The notes: generated by a model not told the origin, from the letters alone. DNA of 64,000 nucleotides from an uncultured Planctomycetia bacterium (GCA_964354545.1 CAYHAE010000001.1:364-64363), one strand, 5' to 3'. Shown: positions 10,692 to 20,594, counted from the first letter of the stretch. Numbers and translations: made by a program.

Positions 10692-11974
10692 TGGCGATGG
10701 GAAGGCCGATCGAACCAAGGAGTTGCGTGAGGGGAGAAGTCGTATTGCCGGGCGATAAATCCATTTCGCACCGCGCGATCATGGTAGGCGCGATCGCGCG
10801 GGGAAAGACCGCTGTGAAGAATTTGTTGGATTGCGATGACTGTAACTTCACCATCCAGGCATTCAAGGATATGGGGGTCCGCATCACCGCGCGTTCAGAT
10901 ACCACGTCGATATACGGCGTGGGCCTAAAGGGGTTGAAAAAGCCCGCGGGGCCGATCTACCTCGGAAGCTCCGGTACGAGCATGAGGATCCTTGCCGGGA
11001 TACTTGCGGGGCAGGACTTCGAGGCCTTACTGACGGGGGACAAGGGACTGCTCGCGCGGCCGATGAGGAGGATCGTTGAGCCGCTCAAGGCGATGGGCGT
11101 GGATGTGCGGGCAGAAGATAACGAGCACCCTCCGATCTTCATCAAGGGAGGAAGACCCTTCCCTGTATGCTATACGATGGAGATCCCGAGCGCGCAGGTA
11201 AAATCCGCGCTCCTCTTCGCCTCGCTGTATGCGCAGGGCCTCACCGTGATCAGGGAGAAGGCCCGCTCGAGAGACCACACGGAGCGGATGCTCGCGTTTT
11301 TCGGAGCGGACATAGAGGTGAAGGATAAGACTATCCGCGTGAAGGGCGGCAGGGAGCTTTCCGGGAAGGGCTTCGCCATCCCGGGGGACATCTCAAGCGC
11401 CTCTTTCTTCATGGCCGCCGCGATGATCATGCCCGGTTCCCGCATCACTCTGCGGTCTGTGTCCATCAACCCGACGCGCGCAGGGATACTCGGTGTATTG
11501 AAGAAGATGGGAGCGCGGGTGAAGATCTCCGCAAAGAAAGACCTCTTTGAGCCCGTGGGAGATATCAGGGTCGAATCGTCCAAGACCCGTGGCATTGCCG
11601 TAAGCGCACATGCGATACCCAAGGTCATCGACGAGATCCCGATACTCATGGTGATCGCGTCGCTGTCGAAAGGGAAGACCGTGATACGGGGGACCGGAGA
11701 GCTGAGGGTGAAGGAGACCGATCGGGTCGAGTCGATGGTGTCGAATTTAAGGAACATGGGAGCCGACATCGGCGTAGAAGGGGATACAATGGTAATACGC
11801 GGCGTAAAAGAGCTCCACGGATCAGAGCTCAAGAGTTACGGAGACCACAGGACCGCCATGGCGATGACGGTCGCGGCGCTCGCCGCAAAGGGGGCGAGCA
11901 CGCTCGACGACCCCGAGTGCGTCTCAAAGTCGTTCCCCCAGTTCTTCGACATGCTCGAACGGCTCACGTGCTGA
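10688..11974 (+). CDS. aroA: EPSP synthase (class II)
   Basis: PGDKSISHR, SAQVKSA, RDHTERM, ELRVKETDR, DHRTAM. Confidence 0.97.
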   Translation: MMAMGRPIEPRSCVRGEVVLPGDKSISHRAIMVGAIARGKTAVKNLLDCDDCNFTIQAFKDMGVRITARSDTTSIYGVGLKGLKKPAGPIYLGSSGTSMRILAGILAGQDFEALLTGDKGLLARPMRRIVEPLKAMGVDVRAEDNEHPPIFIKGGRPFPVCYTMEIPSAQVKSALLFASLYAQGLTVIREKARSRDHTERMLAFFGADIEVKDKTIRVKGGRELSGKGFAIPGDISSASFFMAAAMIMPGSRITLRSVSINPTRAGILGVLKKMGARVKISAKKDLFEPVGDIRVESSKTRGIAVSAHAIPKVIDEIPILMVIASLSKGKTVIRGTGELRVKETDRVESMVSNLRNMGADIGVEGDTMVIRGVKELHGSELKSYGDHRTAMAMTVAALAAKGASTLDDPECVSKSFPQFFDMLERLTC

Positions 11975-12045
11975 TGGCGAGATGTGCGGCGCTGTCCCCG
12001 GGCGGCCTCAGCAGCGGTTTCGCGCATCGGCCTCCAAGATTTAAT

Positions 12046-12074
12046 TTGACAAACCATATACGATTTGTTAATAT
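12046..12074 (+). promoter_or_regulatory. sigma70-type promoter of mreB operon
   Basis: TTGACA-17 bp-TAATAT. Confidence 0.65.
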
Positions 12075-12094
12075 GACACCACAAGGAACGAATC

Positions 12095-13171
12095 ATGATA
12101 TTGAAATCCCTCTTAGGGGCCGGACATAAGCTCATCAACAACGTCCTGGGTCTTTTTGCAAATGATATGGGGATAGACCTCGGCACCGCGACGACGCTTG
12201 TCTACGTGAAGAACCAGGGCATCGTGATGTGCGAGCCGTCGGTAGTGGCGGTTCAGGCGGGGACCACGAACGTGCTCGCCGTGGGGGAAGAGGCCAAGCG
12301 CATGCTCGGCAGGACGCCGGGGAACATCGTGGCCATACGGCCGATGAGACACGGAGTGATCGCAGATTTTGAAATTACCGAATCGATGCTCCGTTATTTT
12401 ATAAGGAAGGTCAATCAGTCAAAGGCCCTCTTCATGAGGCCGCGGATCGTGATCGCGATACCTTCGGGGATCACCGAGGTCGAAAAGAGGGCGGTGAAGG
12501 ACTCGGCCCTTCACGCAGGCGCGAGAGAAGTGTATATGATAGAAGAACCGATGGCGGCGGCGATCGGGGTGGGGCTGCCGATCCAGGAGCCGTCGGGGAA
12601 CATGATAATCGATGTGGGGGGCGGGACAACGGAGATGGCGGTCATATCGCTCGCAGGTATCGTCTTTTCCAAATCCATCAGGATAGGCGGGGACGAGATG
12701 GACGAGGCGATCATCGATTATCTCAAGAAGAACTACAACCTGATGATCGGCGAGAGGACGGCCGAGGACATAAAGATAAAGATAGGGTCAGCATACCCCT
12801 TGGAGCAGGAGCTCTCCATGGAGGTGAAGGGCCGCGACCTCGTTGCGGGTCTTCCGAAGAGCGTCACGGTGACGAGCGAAGAAGTAAGGGAGGCGCTCGC
12901 GGAACCCATCGCACAGATAGTGGAGGCCGTGAGGATCACGCTGGAGCGGACGCCCGCCGAGCTCTCGGCGGATCTGATCGAGAAGGGCATCGTGATGGCC
13001 GGAGGCGGATCCCTCTTGAGGGGGCTCGATAGGCTCATATCGGAGGAGACAGGGCTTCCCGTTCACCTCGCTGAAGACCCTATGACTGCGGTTGCGCTGG
13101 GCACCGGGAAGGTATTGAGCGAGATAAAATATCTCAGGCGTGTCACTATCATGCCTAAGCTGGAACGCTAA
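12095..13171 (+). CDS. mreB: Rod shape-determining protein MreB
   Basis: [41 protein letters not shown]. Confidence 0.98.
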   Translation: MILKSLLGAGHKLINNVLGLFANDMGIDLGTATTLVYVKNQGIVMCEPSVVAVQAGTTNVLAVGEEAKRMLGRTPGNIVAIRPMRHGVIADFEITESMLRYFIRKVNQSKALFMRPRIVIAIPSGITEVEKRAVKDSALHAGAREVYMIEEPMAAAIGVGLPIQEPSGNMIIDVGGGTTEMAVISLAGIVFSKSIRIGGDEMDEAIIDYLKKNYNLMIGERTAEDIKIKIGSAYPLEQELSMEVKGRDLVAGLPKSVTVTSEEVREALAEPIAQIVEAVRITLERTPAELSADLIEKGIVMAGGGSLLRGLDRLISEETGLPVHLAEDPMTAVALGTGKVLSEIKYLRRVTIMPKLER

Positions 13172-13193
13172 CGAAACGGAAAGCCGCTCAGAT

Positions 13194-13970
13194 GTGTACG
13201 TCCCTAGAATAAGGATACTCTCGCTTTTCATTTTGGGCCTCGTTTTTCTCCTCATCATTACAAAACCCACCATGCTCACGACGCAGAGGATCGCATTCGT
13301 TGACCTCACGCGTCCCCTGCTGAAGGCCCTGAAGGACGGCTCCTTCCATGTGAGAAGGCTCATCCCGTTCGCCTCTTACAGGGACGAGATCACACGCTTG
13401 AATTCCACAATAGATATGATGGAGCAGGAGGTCCTCCGGCTCAAGGCGATCGAGGCAGAGAACGAGCGCTTGAGGAACGTGCTCCAATTCAAAAAGCAGC
13501 TCCCGTTCGCGACCGTGCCCGCACAGGTCATCGGCAGAGACCCTTCCAACTGGTCGAATTCCGTGATCATAGATAAGGGCCGCGGGGATTCGGTGAGGCC
13601 GAATATGGCGGTCATTTCCACAAAGGGCCTCGTAGGGAGGGTGATCGAAGCGGGTAGAAGATCGAGCAAGGTCCTGCTCATCACGGATACGAATTCTAAG
13701 GTCGGGGCGATACTGGAGAAGGATAGGCAGGGCGGGATCGTTGTCGGCAGGCCTGACGGAACGTGTAAGATGATATATATCTCCCTTGATACCGACGTGA
13801 CCGTCGGAGAAAAGGTGTTCACTGCCGGCTACGGTGCGATATTCCCCAAAGGGCTCTTGATAGGAGAGGTCATAGGCTCCGGCAAGGAGCCCGGGAGGCT
13901 CTATAGGTATGCCATTGTCAAGACCTCCCAGGACCTCTCGAAGATAGAGGAGGTCCTGTGTATACGGTGA
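13194..13970 (+). CDS. mreC: Rod shape-determining protein MreC (start approximate)
   Basis: N-terminal TM, coiled coil ENERLR, VIGRDPSNW, IDKG, GLVGRV, FPKGL. Confidence 0.93.
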   Translation: MYVPRIRILSLFILGLVFLLIITKPTMLTTQRIAFVDLTRPLLKALKDGSFHVRRLIPFASYRDEITRLNSTIDMMEQEVLRLKAIEAENERLRNVLQFKKQLPFATVPAQVIGRDPSNWSNSVIIDKGRGDSVRPNMAVISTKGLVGRVIEAGRRSSKVLLITDTNSKVGAILEKDRQGGIVVGRPDGTCKMIYISLDTDVTVGEKVFTAGYGAIFPKGLLIGEVIGSGKEPGRLYRYAIVKTSQDLSKIEEVLCIR

Positions 13971-14494
13971 GCCGGCTGAAGATGTACAGCCTCATCGCTC
14001 TCGCAGCGGTCCTCCAGATCACGGTCCTCGGGCGGCTCGAGTTCCTCCACGCTGTGCCGGATATCGTCTTTTCTTTCGTCGTCTTTTTTGGGCTCTTCGG
14101 GACGAAGAAGGTCGCGCTCGAGGCGGGCATATTCGCGGGGCTCCTCAAAGACCTCTTCTCGCTCAATGTGTGCGGCCTCAACATACTTGTCCTTTCTTCC
14201 GTGAGCATTCTCATCAACAGGGTCGCCCCCCGTTTCTACAGGGAATCGAGGTTCACCCAGGGTTTTTTGACGGCCGCGTTCTACATGTTCTCCGGAAGCA
14301 TGTACTACATGCTCACCGTTTTGGCGGGCGGAGCGGGCGGAAGGTCTGTTGTCGCGAGGGATTGTCTCCCTTCGTTTCTCGACCTCCTCGCATCATCCAT
14401 CGTTCCGGGAGCTCTCTATGCGAGCCTCGCCTCGATCGTCGTGTGCGGGACCTTGATGGAGTGGCATAAGGCGAGGGAGCGGTTTCTCTTCTAA
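13958..14494 (+). CDS. mreD: Rod shape-determining protein MreD
   Basis: Hydrophobic; LQITV..VPD, GLLKDLFS; position after mreC. Confidence 0.88.
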   Translation: MYTVSRLKMYSLIALAAVLQITVLGRLEFLHAVPDIVFSFVVFFGLFGTKKVALEAGIFAGLLKDLFSLNVCGLNILVLSSVSILINRVAPRFYRESRFTQGFLTAAFYMFSGSMYYMLTVLAGGAGGRSVVARDCLPSFLDLLASSIVPGALYASLASIVVCGTLMEWHKARERFLF

Positions 14495-14540
14495 CGCTGC
14501 CAGGTGTAGTCGGAATCCGAGCAGGCAAACCGAGGGACGC

Positions 14541-16301
14541 ATGAGACAGGAGGCACTCACGCTTTTCATCACCATACTGTTCGTCTTTCTTCTGCTGGGC
14601 CTCATCTATGCTCAGGTGCTGAACCACGACGCCTACTACGCTCAATCGCAAAATAATTTCATAAGGATAGTTCCCATCGACGGCCCGCGCGGGAAGATCT
14701 TTGACAGGAACGGCCGCATCATGGTGAACAACAGGCTCTCCCTCGACGTATCGTGCATCTATCAGGAGATAGGCCGCAAGGACCTGTTCATCAAGACGCT
14801 GGGTACGGTGCTTGGTACATCGCCAAGAGGCGTCATTCGGTGTCTGGAAAAGGCGAGCGAAAGGCCCTTTGCCCCCGTGACGCTGCAGGAGGATGTCGAG
14901 AAGGAGCGGGCGATAAGCCTGGAGGAACTCGAACCGGGCGTGCGGGGAGCGGTGATCGAGCCGAAATCAAAGAGGGATTACGTCTACGGATCCGCAGCGG
15001 GGCACATATGCGGATACCTTGGGGAAGTAAATGAAGAAGAGCTCGACCGGCTCAGGGGCTACGGGTACAGGATGCGGGACCTCATAGGCAGGAGCGGCCT
15101 GGAGAAATATTACAATAATTATCTCACGGGTATCGACGGGGGCGAGCAGATAGAAGTAGACGCGAGGGGGAGGCGCGTGAGCCTCCTCGGCCTCAAGGAG
15201 CCAAAGGCGGGGAAAGACCTATGGCTTACCATCGATGCCCGGCTCCAGCAGCTCGCACAGAATCTCCTCGAAGGGAAGACGGGGGCGATCGTGCTGATGG
15301 ACCCGAGGAACGGCGAGGTCCTCGCGCTCGCGAGCAGTCCCGCCTACGATCCCAACACATTTGTGAGGCCGAGAGAATTTGCGGAGCGCATGAGGCTGGT
15401 TGAGGACAGGTCCAAGCCGTTCTTGAACAGGGCGATAGGCGGTGTCTACGCGCCGGGTTCGGTATTCAAGATAGTGACCGCATGCGGAGCGCTCGAAACG
15501 AAAAAGATCTCACGGTATACCCGTTTCACCTGCACAGGAACGTATAAGCTCGGCGGCACTACGTTTCACTGTTGGAAAGAGGGCGGCCATGGGCCCCAGG
15601 ACATCATTGACGCGATCAAAAATTCCTGCAATGTGTTTTTCTATACGGCCGGCAAGAGCCTTGGCGTTGACGCGCTGGAGTCGTACGCGCTGCGGTTCGG
15701 TTTCGGCAAACCAACGGGAATAGACCTGCCTGAGGAGGCCTCCGGCCTTGTCCCCGGCAGGCTGTGGAAGATGCTCGCCAAGAAAGAGGCATGGTACGAT
15801 GGGGAGACGGTCAACTTGGCAATAGGGCAGGGATATCTCATGGTGACGCCGCTCCAGGTGCTCAGGATGACGGCGTGCATCGCGAACGGCGGGAAACTCG
15901 TCCGCCCCTTCATGGTGAAACGCATCGGCCCTGTAGAGGTGGGCAGCTCGCGGCTTCAAGACCTTGGGTTGTCGGCCGAGACCGTAAGGATCATAAAAGA
16001 AGGGATGCTCAAGGTCGTGAACGACGATTCCGGCACGGGCAGGCGCGCGAAAGTGGACGGTCTCGTAATAGGAGGGAAGACGGGAACGGCCCAGAATCCC
16101 CAGGGCGTGCCCCATGCGTGGTTCATCGGGTTTGCCCCAGCGGAAAACCCTTCGTTATCGGTCGTGGTCATGGTCGAGCACGGAGGGAGGGGCGGGTATG
16201 AACCCGCGGAGATCGCCCACGATATATTCAAGGCTGCGCGCGAGATGGGCTATCTGCCCGCTTCAGGTAAGGCAGTATCGGACGTCGCATCGCAGAGGTA
16301 A
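14541..16301 (+). CDS. mrdA: Penicillin-binding protein 2
   Basis: PRGKIFDRNG, PGSVFK (SxxK), SCN, KTG motifs. Confidence 0.97.
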   Translation: MRQEALTLFITILFVFLLLGLIYAQVLNHDAYYAQSQNNFIRIVPIDGPRGKIFDRNGRIMVNNRLSLDVSCIYQEIGRKDLFIKTLGTVLGTSPRGVIRCLEKASERPFAPVTLQEDVEKERAISLEELEPGVRGAVIEPKSKRDYVYGSAAGHICGYLGEVNEEELDRLRGYGYRMRDLIGRSGLEKYYNNYLTGIDGGEQIEVDARGRRVSLLGLKEPKAGKDLWLTIDARLQQLAQNLLEGKTGAIVLMDPRNGEVLALASSPAYDPNTFVRPREFAERMRLVEDRSKPFLNRAIGGVYAPGSVFKIVTACGALETKKISRYTRFTCTGTYKLGGTTFHCWKEGGHGPQDIIDAIKNSCNVFFYTAGKSLGVDALESYALRFGFGKPTGIDLPEEASGLVPGRLWKMLAKKEAWYDGETVNLAIGQGYLMVTPLQVLRMTACIANGGKLVRPFMVKRIGPVEVGSSRLQDLGLSAETVRIIKEGMLKVVNDDSGTGRRAKVDGLVIGGKTGTAQNPQGVPHAWFIGFAPAENPSLSVVVMVEHGGRGGYEPAEIAHDIFKAAREMGYLPASGKAVSDVASQR

Positions 16302-16812
16302 ATAACGAGGCTCCTATCCGCCTCATGTAAAGCTGTATCGGATGTCGCATCGAAAAGGTAAATAACAAGGCTCCTATCCGCCTCATGTAAAGCTGTATCG
16401 GATGTCGCATTGCGGAGGTAACGCGCGAGGCTCCAGTCCCGACACCAGTGGAAAGCGAAGCGATCCCCGAAATCTTTCAGATTTCAGGGGAGACGTCGCA
16501 TCTCCCTCGACTTCGCTCGGGATGGTTCGTCCCTCGATATAACTCGGGATCGAATCCTGAGCCTGTCGAAGGATTCGAGGGATGGTGAGCAAAGTCGAAC
16601 CAGCAGAGGCAAAGAGCGAGGCTCCTATCCGCCTCCGGCAAAGCTCCATCGGATGTCGCATAGCAGAGGTAAATAACAAGGCTCCTATCCGCCTCATGTA
16701 AAGCTGTATCGGATGTCGCATTGCGGAGGTAACGCGCGAGGCTCCTATCCCGACCCCAGAGGAGTGGCGAAGCGGGATGTCGCATCGCAGAGGCAAAGAG
16801 CGAGGCTCCTAT
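16258..16812. repeat. Composite ~60-bp-period array (7 conserved blocks alternating with hairpin linkers) with nested palindromic inserts
   Basis: GTCGCAT at 16284, 16344, 16404, 16495, 16654, 16714, 16779; RAGGCTCC at 16307, 16367, 16427, 16618, 16678, 16738, 16802. Confidence 0.93.
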
Positions 16813-17908
16813 GATACGAAGGGAATTGTTGAGGGATTTCGACGCGACGTTATTGCTTGCGGCGCTCTTGATATTTATGACGGGCCTTGTCTTTCTGTCA
16901 AGCGCCACATCGACGAGGTACCAGGAGCTGAACCTCGCGTTTGTGTCACGGCAGGTCACATTTGCGATATGTGCGCTCGTCGTCATGCTCGTTGTCGTCA
17001 ACGTCAATTATCAGAGGTTCATAGATATCGCATGGGTCTTCTACCTCATCAACATCGCGGCGCTTGTTGTCTTGATGTTCGTCGGGCACTCGAGGCTCGG
17101 CGCGCAGAGGTGGTTCGAGGTCGGTTCATTCACGGTACAGCCGTCCGAGTTCATCAAGCTCACGCTCATTATCGTCCTTGCATCGTACATTAACGGAAAG
17201 AAAGGGCAGCTGGGCAGAGTGGAAAATCTGGTCATACCCTTTCTCCTCTTCCTCGTCCCGTTCGCATTGGTGGTCCTGCAGCCGGACCTCGGAACGGCAC
17301 TCCTCCTCGTCCCCATCCTCTTTGCGATGCTCTACGTCGGAGGCGCACGCGGGAAGCACCTCGCCTTCGCAGGAGGAATCGGGCTTCTCTGCATGCCCGT
17401 CTTCTGGCATTTTCTGAGGGACTACCAGAAACAGAGGCTCCTGGTCTTCATCAATCCAAATATAGATCCCCTCGGCGCGGGTTACACAATAATCCAGTCA
17501 AAGATCGCGGTGGGGTCGGGAGGGTTATTCGGAAAGGGGTGGCTTGCGGGGACGCAGAACCAGCTCAATTTCCTGCCCGAGAGGCACACGGACTTCATAT
17601 TCTCAGTCGTCGGCGAGGAGTGGGGTTTTTTCGGCAGCGCACTTCTCGTCCTTATGTACTACTTTCTCATACGGAGGATATTTCGCATTGCGTGCCTCAC
17701 GAGCGATTTGAGCGGGGCATTGATCGCATCAGGCATAGGTATCCTCCTCGCCCTTCAGGTAGCGATAAACATCGGCATGACGATCGGCCTCATGCCGGTG
17801 GTGGGGATACCGCTCGTGCTCGTGAGCTATGGCGGCTCAAGCCTACTCACGACGTTCGCGGCGATAGGGCTCGTCCTCAACGTGGGCATGAGGCGTTCGA
17901 CGTTTTGA
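16811..17908 (+). CDS. rodA: SEDS glycosyltransferase RodA
   Basis: GAQRW, QPSEFIK, QPDLGTA, YQKQR, LPERHTDFIFS, SYGGSS. Confidence 0.97.
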   Translation: MIRRELLRDFDATLLLAALLIFMTGLVFLSSATSTRYQELNLAFVSRQVTFAICALVVMLVVVNVNYQRFIDIAWVFYLINIAALVVLMFVGHSRLGAQRWFEVGSFTVQPSEFIKLTLIIVLASYINGKKGQLGRVENLVIPFLLFLVPFALVVLQPDLGTALLLVPILFAMLYVGGARGKHLAFAGGIGLLCMPVFWHFLRDYQKQRLLVFINPNIDPLGAGYTIIQSKIAVGSGGLFGKGWLAGTQNQLNFLPERHTDFIFSVVGEEWGFFGSALLVLMYYFLIRRIFRIACLTSDLSGALIASGIGILLALQVAINIGMTIGLMPVVGIPLVLVSYGGSSLLTTFAAIGLVLNVGMRRSTF

Positions 17909-17931
17909 TGCATAAGTTTTCAGCAACTCTA

Positions 17932-18077
17932 CGGCGTTTACTTTTGTGGTCGCCTCCGCTTGCCGCTCGCTCGGATTCGGCATCCTCGCTCGCTGTGACT
18001 AAAATTTCGATGACTGAATCGCCATAAGGTATCGAAATTTTAGACAGTCGCTCCGGCGACGCACAAAAGTTCCGCCG
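17932..18077. mobile_element. Nested imperfect palindrome (MITE/REP-like or structured RNA)
   Basis: cggcg/cgccg ends; acttttgtggtcgcc / ggcgacgcacaaaagt; perfect 13-bp IR ctaaaatttcgat (17999) / atcgaaattttag (18031). Confidence 0.6.
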
Positions 18078-18140
18078 CTGCGAGAAATGAAAGATACACG
18101 GGAGTGCATGCATGTAATAAAAGGGGCGCGATATTTATTC

Positions 18141-18347
18141 ACCTATAATCACACGCTCAACGCGTAAAGCAGACGGGTGACCAAAAAACGATGCATCGCG
18201 TACAAAATTTTCGACCCATCTCTTGAAACAAATTTTGCACACTGCCCTATAGAGGCAGAGATCATTATCTTTACGTCGAACCCCGAGAGGGGAGATTGAG
18301 AGCGGCAGGACCCGAAAAATTTTTGTATCAGCACACGTCATATAGGT
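18141..18347. mobile_element. Second palindrome-bounded element upstream of radical SAM gene
   Basis: acctata/tataggt ends; tacaaaattttcg / cgaaaaatttttgta; internal ctgcc..ggcag and cccc-gaga-gggg hairpins. Confidence 0.5.
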
Positions 18348-18357
18348 CAAAAAAGAG

Positions 18358-20124
18358 ATGAACGAGAAAATCCTTGAACTGCTACGACATGTTCAAAAGC
18401 CGGGGAGATATATCGGCGAAGAGCATAATGCGGTAAGGAAAGACTGGGCCGGGCCCTATCTTCGCGTCCTCCTGGCTTTTCCCGACATATACGAGGTGGG
18501 GATGAGCTATCTCGGTATGAGGATCCTCTATGGGCTTTTGAATGAGAGGAGCGATGTCCTCTGCGAGAGGGTATTTTCACCGTGGCCCGATATGGAGAAG
18601 CAGTTGAGGGATAACGGGCTTTCGCTTTTCAGCCTCGAATCGAAGAGGCCGATCCGGGAATTTGGGATCATCGGATTCAGTCTCGCGTATGAACTGAATT
18701 ATACCAACGTCCTGAACATCTTGGACCTGGGGCGCATCCCCATGAGATCGCTGGATAGGAGCGATGAGGACCCCCTCGTGATAGCAGGGGGTCCCTCGTG
18801 TTATAATCCGGAGCCGATGGCGGATTTCATCGATGCATTTGTAATAGGAGACGGAGAGGAAGCGATCATCGATGTCGTGGAGGCGTGCAAAGATTTTTTT
18901 GATGACGGGCTGAAGAAGATACGCAACAGGGGAGCGCTCCTGAGGAAGCTCGCGACCTTGGAAGGGGTTTACGTACCGCGCCTCTACGACGTTGGCTACA
19001 ACGGTGACGGGACGGTCCGCGTGTTCACGCCCCTCGAAGGAGCGCCGCCGAAGGTCAGAAAGAGGGCCGTGAAGGATTTAGACGCCGCCTACTATCCTGT
19101 CTCGCAGGTCGTGCCCTACATACAGATCGTACACGACAGGATCATGCTGGAGATAATGCGCGGGTGCGCCCACCTGTGCAAGTTCTGCGAGGCAGGCGCG
19201 ACGTGCCTGCCCAGGCGGGAGCGGTCCACGGAGAAGATCGTTGAGCTTGCCATGAGCGCTTACCGCAACACGGGGTACGAAGAGGTATCTCTCATTTCGC
19301 TCTCGAGCGGCGATCATTCCAGGATACGGGAGATATGCAGGGCCCTCCATGATATCTTCAAGGACAAGGGGGTATCGATCTCCATGCCGTCTCTCAGGAT
19401 CGAGGTGATGACCGAAGAGCTTCCCCAGCTCATTCGCGAGGTGAGAAAGGCAGGCATTACCCTCGCGCCGGAATCCGGAAGCGAGCGGCTGCGAAACGCG
19501 ATCGGAAAGACGATCGCCATTGAGAAATTGTCCTCGACGGTCCTCGAGGCGTACAGATTGGGTTGGGACAGGATCAAGCTCTACTTCATGATAGGACTTC
19601 CGACGGAACGCGACGAGGACCTGCTCTCGACGGTTGACCTCATGGACGAACTGTCGGACGCGCGCAGGGCCCTCGGGAAGGGCCCCGGCCAGATCATCGC
19701 TTCCATCGCGCCCTTCGTGCCAAAGCCGCACACGCCCTTTCAATGGTGGGCGATGGAACCGCAGGCGTCGCTCGATGCGCGGCAGGCTTTTTTGAGAACG
19801 CACGTCCTCCACAGGAGCCGGAACCGGAAGAAGGTGAAGCTGGACTTTCACGATCTCGAGAAGAGCATCCTGGAAGGGGTTTTTTCCAGGGGTGACAGGA
19901 GACTCGGACGGGTGATCGAGAACGCGTACGAATGCGGTGCGCGGCTCGACAGTTGGGGAGAGTTCTTCGAGATCGGCCTGTGGCGCAGGGCGTTTGAGGC
20001 GTGCGGCCTGAACCCTGAATTCTACGTCAATAGGGCGCGGCCATACGAAGAGCTGCTGCCGTGGGATTTTATCGATGTGGGCATTCCAAAGGAAGTTCTT
20101 TTGAAGCGGGCTCAGGAGCAGTGA
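18358..20124 (+). CDS. TIGR03960-like B12-binding radical SAM protein
   Basis: VQKPGRYIGEE, LAFPDIYEVGMS, RGCAHLCKFC (CxxxCxxC), FVPKPHTPFQW, LPWDFID. Confidence 0.92.
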   Translation: MNEKILELLRHVQKPGRYIGEEHNAVRKDWAGPYLRVLLAFPDIYEVGMSYLGMRILYGLLNERSDVLCERVFSPWPDMEKQLRDNGLSLFSLESKRPIREFGIIGFSLAYELNYTNVLNILDLGRIPMRSLDRSDEDPLVIAGGPSCYNPEPMADFIDAFVIGDGEEAIIDVVEACKDFFDDGLKKIRNRGALLRKLATLEGVYVPRLYDVGYNGDGTVRVFTPLEGAPPKVRKRAVKDLDAAYYPVSQVVPYIQIVHDRIMLEIMRGCAHLCKFCEAGATCLPRRERSTEKIVELAMSAYRNTGYEEVSLISLSSGDHSRIREICRALHDIFKDKGVSISMPSLRIEVMTEELPQLIREVRKAGITLAPESGSERLRNAIGKTIAIEKLSSTVLEAYRLGWDRIKLYFMIGLPTERDEDLLSTVDLMDELSDARRALGKGPGQIIASIAPFVPKPHTPFQWWAMEPQASLDARQAFLRTHVLHRSRNRKKVKLDFHDLEKSILEGVFSRGDRRLGRVIENAYECGARLDSWGEFFEIGLWRRAFEACGLNPEFYVNRARPYEELLPWDFIDVGIPKEVLLKRAQEQ

Positions 20125-20194
20125 TCGCCTTATGTAATGATTTGCACCTAATAACGATATAAGATATATGCAATTTCGTTCGTTCAGCGTATTT

Positions 20195-20493
20195 TAGTGA
20201 ATGGTGAATAGTGAATAGGCCACCTTATCCGCCTTCGCAGAAGACCACGGATGTCAACCCGTGGATGAATGCGACCAGATGCTTCGGCGGTCGCCACCAA
20301 GGCTTCGGCGACCGTCCGCCGACGATTCAGTGGCGGACGGATGTCACACCTGACGTGCAGGCGGATACCCCCACCGCCTAGATTTACGAAGTAAATCTGG
20401 TGGGGGTAAAGAAAGGGACCACGGGCGTAAGCCCGTGGGGTTCCATTGGCCATATCGCAAAATTATTCACTAATAACCATTCACTATTCACTA
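20195..20493. mobile_element. Palindrome-ended non-autonomous element (CCACGG..CCGTGG hairpins at both ends) inside inverted heptamer arrays (TAGTGAA)n/(TTCACTA)n
   Basis: Hairpins 20245-20264 and 20419-20438; internal hairpins 20313-20339 and 20366-20408; heptamers 20195-20218 and 20466-20493. Confidence 0.7.
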
Positions 20494-20524
20494 ATAATCA
20501 AGGATAGCCAAATTCCAAGCTTGT

Positions 20525-20554
20525 TTGACAAATGCATGTATCTTGAGGTATACT
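20525..20554 (+). promoter_or_regulatory. sigma70-type promoter of pilus/GGDEF operon
   Basis: TTGACA-18 bp-TATACT. Confidence 0.7.
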
Positions 20555-20594
20555 TAATATGTTTACAGCGGATAACGAGTACGGGAGGAGATGG

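Noticed and set aside
16258-16812. CRISPR array
   Set aside because: The would-be spacers are identical or homologous to one another, the repeats vary internally, and no cas genes or leader are present.
16228-17007. Minus-strand ORFs with repeated peptide MRHPIQLYMRRIG
   Set aside because: By-product of the 60-bp (multiple of 3) repeat; antisense to mrdA/rodA; no RBS or family resemblance.
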